Assembly: GCA_043812095.1 (NCBI GenBank)
Contig: JBDRMO010000021.1
Coordinates: forward strand, 1 to 42,937
Direction of reading: 5' to 3'
Length of the DNA stretch: 42,937 nt
DNA from: Candidatus Omnitrophota bacterium
GTDB taxonomy: Bacteria; Omnitrophota; Gorgyraeia; Gygaellales; Profunditerraquicolaceae
In this document: one piece after another, positions 8,425 to 15,548 of the stretch
How positions within the stretch are numbered: the stretch's first letter is position 1
Layout: each line of letters starts with the position of its first letter
The notes under the pieces: model-generated
Seen by the model: only the letters and a program-made list of their open reading frames with translations
What the model was told of the DNA's origin: nothing
Database searches by the model: none
Position numbers and translations under genes: made by a program

Positions 8425-8622
8425 ATGCGGAAGGCAAGAAAGCAAAAATGGCAAAAGCCGAAGCTGTTTGTGTTATTCAGGAGCGATAGTCAGGAAAAAG
8501 TTCTGGCTAGCTGTAAGTCAACAGTGCGAGCAGCGGGTGGCGGCGGTGGGTTCTGGTGGGGAGCGTGTGAATGGACGGAGTGGTCCTGCGATAATAGCTG
8601 TTCTACAGTAAGCAGTTCGTAA
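8425..8622 (+). CDS. Putative RiPP precursor peptide A (65 aa, Cys/Trp-rich core)
   Basis: GGAGGTG lies 3 nt before the ATG at 8425. The product is MRKARKQKWQKPKLFVLFRSDSQEKVLASCKSTVRAAGGGGGFWWGACEWTEWSCDNSCSTVSSS. Its leader matches the second small ORF at 10674, and it sits directly upstream of radical SAM/SPASM genes. Confidence 0.75.
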   Translation: MRKARKQKWQKPKLFVLFRSDSQEKVLASCKSTVRAAGGGGGFWWGACEWTEWSCDNSCSTVSSS

Positions 8623-8676
8623 CCCTATCTTTTAAACTGCATATCTCCTGGTGCAGATTTTAACTAACCGCCTAGA

Positions 8677-10653
8677 ATGAGTTTAAATATAGCAGTAAAC
8701 AACTATCTTGAATTGAAGAAGACAGCTGCGTTGCCTCGCCTGCCACTTGAGGGTAGTATTGACTTGACTTTTCGCTGCAATAATAATTGCCGCCATTGTT
8801 GGTTGCGCCTCCCGCCGGATTCAGAAGAAGAAAAAGAAGAGCTCTCATTTGAAGAGATAAAGAAAATAGTTGATCAGGCAAGAATGATGGGCTGCCGTAA
8901 ATGGTCTATCTCAGGCGGTGAACCGATGCTCAGGCCGGATTTCCCTAAAATCTTTGAGTATCTTACCGACAATATCAACTCTTACTCCATTAATACTAAC
9001 GGCACTTTAATTACGCCCAAAATAGCAAAACTTATGGCAAGGAAAGGAATTAAGATGGTTGCTCTGTATGGTGCAACCAAAGATGTTCATGACCATATTA
9101 CCCGCAACCCCGGTTCATTTGAGGCAACTATGCGTGGATTCCAATATTTAAAAGAAGCAGGCGCTGGTTTTACGGTCCAGCTTATCCCGATGAAAGATAA
9201 TTATTATCAATTCAAAGATATGATTCAGCTGGCTGAATCCTTAAGTAAACATTATAGGGTAGGTGCTGCCTGGCTTCATCTTTCGGACTGTTTAGATAAG
9301 GAAAGAAATATGGAAATAATCCGCCAAAGGCTGACACCCAAAGAAGTAGTTGAGCTGGATAAGCCGGATTTATCTTTTGAAGAGAGGGTTGGGGAAAATT
9401 CAGGCTGCTACAAAGCAAATAAAAGCGGTTATTTATTTGCTTCCTGTATAGATCTAAGGCGCGATTTTCACATTGACCCTTACGGGAAAATGACTTTTTG
9501 TTGTTTAATAAAGGAGCCGTCTTTTCGTTATGATTTAAGAAAGGGAAGTTTCCAAGAGGCCTGGGAAGATTTTATTCCTTCTTTAGCCAAAAAAATTAAA
9601 GTGACAAAAGAATACAAAAAGCATTGCGGTGCTTGTGAGCTGCGTAAAGATTGCCGTTGGTGTCCGGTCTATGGTTATCTTGAGCATAGGAAATTTGACG
9701 CTAAGGTTGACTATCTTTGTGCTGTGGCTAAGAAAAATAGAGAGTTTAAAGATAATTGGGGGAAAAACCACAGGCGTTATTTTAGTATAGCTGATAGCAC
9801 TGTTCAGCTAGATTCAGATCTGCCTATCACAAAAAATACCTTTCATCCTAAATTTAGGCATTTTGAAGTAGATGGTCCGGGAGAAGACAACATTAGCATT
9901 AGGCATCATTTTTATCTGCCTGACTTAGAGGACAAGGATTTAGGTAAAGAAGTTTACCGCAAAGCCCCCTGGGCTATATATAAAAAAAATGGCTCTTGGA
10001 TTTATTTGGGAATTTCCTCTGAACGGAAAAATAAAGGTTTGCGTCAGATAGCGGTTTTTAACTCTGATCATACGCGCGCAGAAATTTATAATGATAAAGA
10101 GGCGGCGTTTCTTGGAGGAAATCTACAATCTTTAACGCTGTTTCCCACTGACCAGATATTATTAGCACGTATTTTAGCAGATAGGCAGGGTTGTTATATA
10201 CATTCCTGCGGAGTAAATTTTCAGGGTAAGGGTCTGATTTTTGCCGGCCATTCCGAAGCAGGAAAATCTACTATAGCAACTATGTTAAAAGGCAGGGCTG
10301 AAATACTCTGTGACGATCGCATCATTATACGTAAGAAGCCCGATGGCTTTAAGATCTATGGTACCTGGAGCCACGGTGATGTCCCGGATGTATCGGTAGG
10401 TTCCGCTCCGTTAAATGCAATTTTGTTTTTGGAAAAGTCACAAGATAATAAGCTTATACCTTTAGCTGACAAAAAAGAAATAACCAAAAAGCTTTTGGCC
10501 TGTTTGATAAAACCATTTGTTACAGCTGACTGGTGGGAGAAGACACTTTCTCTTACGGAAAGAGTTATAGAAAAAATACCTTGCTATAGGCTTCATTTTG
10601 ATAAGAGTGGAAGAATAGTGGAGTTGTTGGAAGAAAAGTTACTCATTGATTAA
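8677..10653 (+). CDS. Radical SAM/SPASM peptide-modifying enzyme fused to an HPr-kinase-like P-loop domain
   Basis: The N-terminal half has CNNNCRHC (CxxxCxxC) and Cys-rich SPASM-type motifs (FCCLIKEP; CGACELRKDCRWCP; YLCAVA). The C-terminal half (about nt 9780-10650) reads GKGLIFAGHSEAGKSTIATMLKGRAEILCDDRIII. This resembles the HprK Walker A GxSGxGKS followed by its DDR segment. Confidence 0.75.
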   Translation: MSLNIAVNNYLELKKTAALPRLPLEGSIDLTFRCNNNCRHCWLRLPPDSEEEKEELSFEEIKKIVDQARMMGCRKWSISGGEPMLRPDFPKIFEYLTDNINSYSINTNGTLITPKIAKLMARKGIKMVALYGATKDVHDHITRNPGSFEATMRGFQYLKEAGAGFTVQLIPMKDNYYQFKDMIQLAESLSKHYRVGAAWLHLSDCLDKERNMEIIRQRLTPKEVVELDKPDLSFEERVGENSGCYKANKSGYLFASCIDLRRDFHIDPYGKMTFCCLIKEPSFRYDLRKGSFQEAWEDFIPSLAKKIKVTKEYKKHCGACELRKDCRWCPVYGYLEHRKFDAKVDYLCAVAKKNREFKDNWGKNHRRYFSIADSTVQLDSDLPITKNTFHPKFRHFEVDGPGEDNISIRHHFYLPDLEDKDLGKEVYRKAPWAIYKKNGSWIYLGISSERKNKGLRQIAVFNSDHTRAEIYNDKEAAFLGGNLQSLTLFPTDQILLARILADRQGCYIHSCGVNFQGKGLIFAGHSEAGKSTIATMLKGRAEILCDDRIIIRKKPDGFKIYGTWSHGDVPDVSVGSAPLNAILFLEKSQDNKLIPLADKKEITKKLLACLIKPFVTADWWEKTLSLTERVIEKIPCYRLHFDKSGRIVELLEEKLLID

Positions 10654-10673
10654 AAGGCCAGAGGAGGCGTAAT

Positions 10674-10856
10674 ATGTCCAAGAAAAAATGGGTAAAGCCA
10701 ATGTTAATATTGTTGGTGAGGGGTAGATCCGAAGAGATAGTACTGGCGACCTGTAAGGGGTCGACGGCATTTGGGCCAAGTACACCAACAGGAGGGGCCT
10801 GTGCGGCGCTTCCGTTGCCGGGGTGTGGATCTTGCAATTTTAAGGCGCCATCATAA
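10674..10856 (+). CDS. Putative RiPP precursor peptide B (60 aa, Cys/Pro/Gly-rich core)
   Basis: GAGGAGG precedes the ATG. The product is MSKKKWVKPMLILLVRGRSEEIVLATCKGSTAFGPSTPTGGACAALPLPGCGSCNFKAPS. Its leader is 14/26 identical, without gaps, to peptide A. Confidence 0.75.
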   Translation: MSKKKWVKPMLILLVRGRSEEIVLATCKGSTAFGPSTPTGGACAALPLPGCGSCNFKAPS

Positions 10857-10927
10857 TCATTTACGTACATTTTGATAGGCGAGAAGTTCAGAGAGAGAAG
10901 TGCAAATAACATAAGTTATATTAAAGA

Positions 10928-12058
10928 ATGCACAAAGCATATATATACATGGCAGGGACCTGTTATCCTCATGTTGCCGATGTTGATCTTATTCGTACTT
11001 ACCTAAAAAATAACAATTGGGCGCTATCAAAGAAAATAAAACAAGCCAACCTTATTATTATAACTACCTGTGCCTTTAGCGAAGAAGCAGAAGGTAAATC
11101 GTTTGAGGCTATCAAGAGAGTCCAGAAGGAGAAAAATAAAGCTGCACGGGTAATAGTAACCGGTTGCCTTCCTTCTATTAATAATCTTAAGCTTAGAAGC
11201 GTATTTGACGGGGTTATAATAAGTGCAAATTCTCTTCGGGAATTTAATGGTTTATTAAATGCAAAGTCAATGATAGGGGATGTTAAATATACTGGTTCGC
11301 CCCGTTACTTGAAAAGAAATAGAAATGGAACATATAGACTGAGAATCGGGTGGGGCTGCAGTGGAAAATGTTCTTACTGCGCGGTGAAATTTGTATTTGG
11401 TAAACCGTACAGTAGGTCGATTTCAGACATCCTGATAGAGTTTAATATTGCCTGTGCCAAAGGTTATAGAAAATTTATTCTTGTTGCTAATGATGCTGGC
11501 AGCTATGGCGAAGATCTAGGCACTTCGCTTCCCTGCCTTCTTCGCGAACTTTGTCGGAGGAACCGAGATTGTAAGTTTTTATTATCTCATCTGACTCCTA
11601 GCAAGCTAAAAGAAATGTTGCCGTCCTTAAAGGCATTAGTCCGTTCGGGTAAGATTTGTCAAATGAATGTACCCGTAGAATCCGGTAGTAATAGAATAAT
11701 ACGTCTGATGAATAGATCTTATACTGTTGATGATTTTAAATATTGCATAGAGAAGTTAACGGGCTACAATTCAAATCTCCGACTACTTACGGACGTTATG
11801 GTCGGTTTTCCATCAGAAACAGAACAAGATTTTTTAGAAACCAGCAAACTTGTAGAATGGTTAGGCAGAAACAACGTAGTTTTTCACAATTTGTCTTATT
11901 CTCCAAGGCCAAATACAGAGGCCAGTAAATTACCCGGTCAAATCGATCAGATAACTAAGAGTGTTCGCCTAAAAAAGATAGCAAGGTTAAGTGAAATTAG
12001 CTACTTGTTAAGAAATAAAGGATTATTTGGGAAGATAAAGAGAAAAAGAATATTCTAA
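10928..12058 (+). CDS. MiaB/RimO-family methylthiotransferase-like radical SAM protein lacking a TRAM domain
   Basis: The N-terminal MTTase-type domain keeps three spaced Cys (AGTCYP, TTCAFSEEAE, VTGCLPS). The radical SAM motif is GCSGKCSYC. The downstream VGFPSETEQDF parallels AGFPSETDKEF in the rimO at the window start. The protein is only 376 aa with no TRAM-like C-terminus. Confidence 0.7.
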   Translation: MHKAYIYMAGTCYPHVADVDLIRTYLKNNNWALSKKIKQANLIIITTCAFSEEAEGKSFEAIKRVQKEKNKAARVIVTGCLPSINNLKLRSVFDGVIISANSLREFNGLLNAKSMIGDVKYTGSPRYLKRNRNGTYRLRIGWGCSGKCSYCAVKFVFGKPYSRSISDILIEFNIACAKGYRKFILVANDAGSYGEDLGTSLPCLLRELCRRNRDCKFLLSHLTPSKLKEMLPSLKALVRSGKICQMNVPVESGSNRIIRLMNRSYTVDDFKYCIEKLTGYNSNLRLLTDVMVGFPSETEQDFLETSKLVEWLGRNNVVFHNLSYSPRPNTEASKLPGQIDQITKSVRLKKIARLSEISYLLRNKGLFGKIKRKRIF

Positions 12059-12129
12059 TGATCTGTTAATTATAGTTAAGTAAGGTGTGATATAAATAAG
12101 AGACTCGAAAGTTAAGAGTAAATAAAAAA

Positions 12130-13308
12130 ATGACAAGAGGATCTTACGTTAAAAAAGAGAGGATAGAAAGAACTCTTTTCTGGAAAGATAAAAAGCCCCT
12201 TTTATGCCGATTGGATATGGAACTTACCGAGCGTTGCAATAACAACTGTATTCATTGCTGTATTAATTTACCGGCTGATGATTTAAAAGCTAAAGAGAGA
12301 GAATTAGCCGGTGAAAAGATAAAGAATATTTTAGAAGAGGCTGTTTCGTTAGATTGTATGTCGGTAAGGTTTACCGGAGGTGAGCCTCTTTTAAGAGAGG
12401 ATTTCCAAGATTTATATCTATTTGCCAGAAAAAAGGGCTTAAAGGTGCTAATCTTTACCAACGCAACTCTCATAACCCCTCAAATAATTGATTTATTTTC
12501 GCGAGTCCCTCCTTTAGAAAAGATAGAGGTTACTGTATACGGGATGAAGCAAGATTCGTATGAAACAGTAACGCGGATACCCGGATCATTTGAAGCTGCA
12601 TGGAGGGGGATAAATCTTTTGATGGAAAAGAAAATTCCTTTTGTTGTCAAGGGTGCGTTACTACCATGCAATAAAGATGAGATTGATGGGTTTGAGTCCT
12701 GGGCTAAAAAGATTCCCTGGATGGATGGCAAGCCCCCGGGGTATTCTATGTTTTTAGATCTACGTTGCCGCAGAGACGGTAATAAAAACGAGAGCATCAA
12801 AAAGCTGAGAGTTACTCCGCAGGAGGGGCTAGAAGTCCTCACGCGTAAAAAAAACAGTTATATCAAAGGAATGAAGGAATTTTGCTCTAAATTTATGTAT
12901 CCTCCGGGAGAAAATATCTTCTCTTGCGGTGCCGGCTGTGTAGGTTGCGTTGATGCCTATGGAAATTTTCAGGCCTGCTTGATGTTGAGGCATCCGGATA
13001 CTGTCTATGATCTTAAAAAAGGCTCTCTTAATAATGCCCTCACTAATTTTTTACCTAAATTAAGAGGGATCAAATCAAGTAATGTTGATTATTTAAATAG
13101 ATGTGCCAGATGCTTCTTAAAAGGTCTCTGTGAGCAGTGTCCGGCAAAGAGCTGGATGGAACATGGTACCTTAGATACACCGGTTGAGTATTTATGCGAG
13201 GTTGCGCATACTCAGGCAAGGTTTTTAGGGTTGCTCAAAGAAAATGAGATGGCTTGGGAGATAGATCATTGGCAAGGGAGAATAAGAAAGTTTTTGAATA
13301 CTAATTAG
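12130..13308 (+). CDS. Radical SAM/SPASM domain protein (PqqE-like peptide maturase)
   Basis: CNNNCIHC radical SAM motif, a GGEPLL SAM-binding motif, and C-terminal Cys clusters (CGAGCVGCVDAYGNFQAC; RCARCFLKGLCEQCPA; YLCEVA). Confidence 0.85.
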   Translation: MTRGSYVKKERIERTLFWKDKKPLLCRLDMELTERCNNNCIHCCINLPADDLKAKERELAGEKIKNILEEAVSLDCMSVRFTGGEPLLREDFQDLYLFARKKGLKVLIFTNATLITPQIIDLFSRVPPLEKIEVTVYGMKQDSYETVTRIPGSFEAAWRGINLLMEKKIPFVVKGALLPCNKDEIDGFESWAKKIPWMDGKPPGYSMFLDLRCRRDGNKNESIKKLRVTPQEGLEVLTRKKNSYIKGMKEFCSKFMYPPGENIFSCGAGCVGCVDAYGNFQACLMLRHPDTVYDLKKGSLNNALTNFLPKLRGIKSSNVDYLNRCARCFLKGLCEQCPAKSWMEHGTLDTPVEYLCEVAHTQARFLGLLKENEMAWEIDHWQGRIRKFLNTN

Positions 13309-13320
13309 GAGGGAATATCT

Positions 13321-13632
13321 ATGGATACAAAGATTAATCTTGGTAATGTCTATATTCCATCTGAGAATATAGTTGCAAGAGAGGTTCAGGGAGAATTTAT
13401 TATTATCCCAATCACCTCCGGTATCGCGGACATGGAGGATGAACTCTTTAGCTTAAATGAAACTGGAAAGGCAGTATGGAAGAAATTAGACGGAAAGAGA
13501 ACGCTCGCTGATGTTATCAAGGATTTATTCTCTGAATTTGAGGTTTCTCATGATCAGCTTAAAAAAGATGTATTAGGAATTATCAGAGAAATTCTCGATC
13601 GGAAAATGATAGTTGAGGTTAAGAAGGCTTAA
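13321..13632 (+). CDS. PqqD-family protein (likely RiPP precursor recognition element)
   Basis: 103 aa with a PqqD-like pattern (FIIIP ... LFSLNETGKAVWKKLDGKRTLADVIKDL ... DVLGIIREILDRKMI). It sits between radical SAM/SPASM genes. Confidence 0.75.
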   Translation: MDTKINLGNVYIPSENIVAREVQGEFIIIPITSGIADMEDELFSLNETGKAVWKKLDGKRTLADVIKDLFSEFEVSHDQLKKDVLGIIREILDRKMIVEVKKA

Positions 13633-13645
13633 ATCATATTATCCT

Positions 13646-14119
13646 ATGGTAGAAAATGAACTCACTATTTCAAACGCAGTTTTAATTGATCTGATGAAGG
13701 ATGCGGCTAGCAAAGGAAGTTCCTTTAAATTCCAGGTAAAAGGCTTCAGCATGTTGCCATTTATCAGGGATAATGATGTGCTTACAATCTCTCCTTTTTC
13801 GCCGTTTTCTAACAACCTTGGGAATTCAGTTGCGTTTATCCATCCTAAAACAGAAAGTTTGATTATCCATAGGTTAATTGCTAAGCATAATAATTCTTAT
13901 ATTGTAAAAGGAGATAATATCCCTACACCAGACGGGTTAATTAGTAGAAAAGATATAGTAGGCTTTGTGTCGGGCATAGAGAGAAAAGGTAAAAAAGTCT
14001 TATTTGGTTTCGGTCCGGAACGCTTTCTGATAGTTTTACTAAGCCGTATAAATATCTTTTTCTTGCTTATTTCTGTACACAGGTTTATGCGCCAAACTTT
14101 AAGGAGATTTTCCGGATGA
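13646..14119 (+). CDS. S24/S26-family serine peptidase-like protein (candidate leader peptidase), C-terminal TM segment
   Basis: The Ser motif VKGFSMLPFI and the Lys motif YIVKGDN resemble signal peptidase I/LexA-type catalytic dyads. The tail is hydrophobic (FLIVLLSRINIFFLLISV). I chose the ATG at 13646; the ORF track starts at TTG 13613. The stop overlaps the next gene (ATGA). Confidence 0.65.
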   Translation: MVENELTISNAVLIDLMKDAASKGSSFKFQVKGFSMLPFIRDNDVLTISPFSPFSNNLGNSVAFIHPKTESLIIHRLIAKHNNSYIVKGDNIPTPDGLISRKDIVGFVSGIERKGKKVLFGFGPERFLIVLLSRINIFFLLISVHRFMRQTLRRFSG

Positions 14120-15237
14120 GTGAGCCTTTTTCTTCCCAAATTCCTTTACCTGAATTTGGCCTCTGGAAGAAGATGCAAGATAAAAGGAACCTTGTGTCTT
14201 TCGATTTAGAAATTACTGCACGCTGTAATCAGCATTGTCGGCACTGCTATATTAATTTAGCTGCGGGTGACAGACAGGCAAAAGAAAAAGAGTTGTCTTT
14301 GTGCAAAATCAAAACAATAGTTGATCAGGCGATAGATTTAGGGGCATTATGGTGTCTTGTTACCGGAGGAGAACCGTTATTAAGAGAAGATTTTTTTGAT
14401 ATCTATCTTTATTTAAAAAAGAGTGGGCTTTTGATTTCAGTTTTCACCAATGCAACTTTAATTACAGAACAACATATACGGTTTTTCAGGAAATATCCAC
14501 CGAGGGATATCGAAGTGACAGTCTATGGCGTTACTAAAGAGACATATGAGCGGGTGACTAGGAAAACTGGTTCTTTTGATGCTTTTATGCGCGGACTTAA
14601 TTTGCTGCTTAAGAATGGAATTAAAGTTCGTTTTAAGGCAATGGCCCTGCGCTCAAACGTCCATGAGTTAGAGGAAATTGCTAGTTTCTGCAGGGAAAGG
14701 ACAAAGGATTATTTTCGTTTTGATCCGTTTTTGCATTTACGTTTTGATGGAAACGCAAAGCGTAACCAGGAGATAAAATCAGAACGGCTTTTAGCAGAAG
14801 AAATCGTAGCGATTGAGCGGGCTGATAGTGAGCGTTTTAATGCTTTGGAAAAAGGATGCGATAAGTTGATTATGCCTGAAGCCGAACATATCAATTGCAA
14901 TCACCTTTTTCATTGCGGCACGGGGAACGGAAGTTTTACGGTAAGTTATGATGGTTTTTTCCGGCTCTGCTCTTCGCTCGGGCATCCGGCGTGTATTTAT
15001 GACCTTAAAAACGGTAATTTAAGTGAGGCATGGGAAAATTTTTCTTTAAAGGTTCGCGATATGCGTTCCGACAAAAATGAGTTTTTGGATAAATGCAGAA
15101 AGTGTCCGATTATCAATCTTTGTATCTGGTGTCCGGCGCATGCCCATTTAGAAACCGGAGAATTAGATCAGCCAGTAGATTATTTCTGTAAAGTAGCTCA
15201 AGCCCGCGAGAAAATGCTTAATTCCTTTATCCAATAA
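14116..15237 (+). CDS. Radical SAM/SPASM domain protein (third paralogue)
   Basis: CNQHCRHC motif, GGEPLL, and C-terminal Cys clusters (HCGTGNGSFTVSYDGFFRLC; KCRKCPIINLCIWCPA; YFCKVA). It is collinear with the 12130 protein. Confidence 0.85.
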   Translation: MSEPFSSQIPLPEFGLWKKMQDKRNLVSFDLEITARCNQHCRHCYINLAAGDRQAKEKELSLCKIKTIVDQAIDLGALWCLVTGGEPLLREDFFDIYLYLKKSGLLISVFTNATLITEQHIRFFRKYPPRDIEVTVYGVTKETYERVTRKTGSFDAFMRGLNLLLKNGIKVRFKAMALRSNVHELEEIASFCRERTKDYFRFDPFLHLRFDGNAKRNQEIKSERLLAEEIVAIERADSERFNALEKGCDKLIMPEAEHINCNHLFHCGTGNGSFTVSYDGFFRLCSSLGHPACIYDLKNGNLSEAWENFSLKVRDMRSDKNEFLDKCRKCPIINLCIWCPAHAHLETGELDQPVDYFCKVAQAREKMLNSFIQ

Positions 15238-15275
15238 TTTATGGTAGAATTAATATTATTCTTATATGATTACCT

Positions 15276-15548
15276 ATGAAAAAACAGGTGCATGTTTATT
15301 ATTCCGGCAGAGTTCAGGGAGTGGGTTTTAGGTTCACTGCGGAAAATACAGCTGTTGAATTAGGCGTTACCGGATGGGTGAAGAATTTACGTGACGGCAG
15401 AGTGGAAGTAGTCGCTGAAGCAGAGGAGCAGATTTTAGAGGATTTTTTAGAAAGGATTCAAGTAAATTTCTCTGAGTATATCATTGACACTGATCTTCAA
15501 TGGCAGGTAACAGCAGGAAAATTTAAAAAATTCCAAATTAATTTTTGA
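15276..15548 (+). CDS. acyP: Acylphosphatase
   Basis: 90 aa with the acylphosphatase signatures GRVQGVGFR and [12 protein letters not shown]. Confidence 0.9.
   Translation: MKKQVHVYYSGRVQGVGFRFTAENTAVELGVTGWVKNLRDGRVEVVAEAEEQILEDFLERIQVNFSEYIIDTDLQWQVTAGKFKKFQINF

Noticed and set aside
8230-8454. 74-aa ORF on the - strand
   Set aside because: It runs antisense through tRNA-Pro and its structured leader. It has no RBS or recognisable protein features.
8637-8661. Attenuating terminator after precursor A
   Set aside because: It has only a 5-bp stem (ctgca/tgcag) with a 10-nt loop and a short T-run, too weak to call. It might still modulate read-through.
8672-8881. 69-aa ORF on the - strand at the start of the first radical SAM gene
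   Set aside because: It is antisense to a well-supported CDS whose CxxxCxxC motif lies in this stretch. It is a shadow ORF typical of this composition.
10643-10912. 89-aa ORF on the - strand
   Set aside because: It is antisense to precursor B, which has a strong RBS and a leader homologous to precursor A. The minus-strand product has no features and no translation signals.
8403-15275. Island bounded by att-like direct repeats of the tRNA 3' end
   Set aside because: I looked for a copy of the tRNA-Pro 3' segment near the right boundary (15238-15275) and found none. The only duplicated tRNA piece is the 5' fragment upstream at 8251-8263. Classical tRNA-targeted integration is therefore unsupported.
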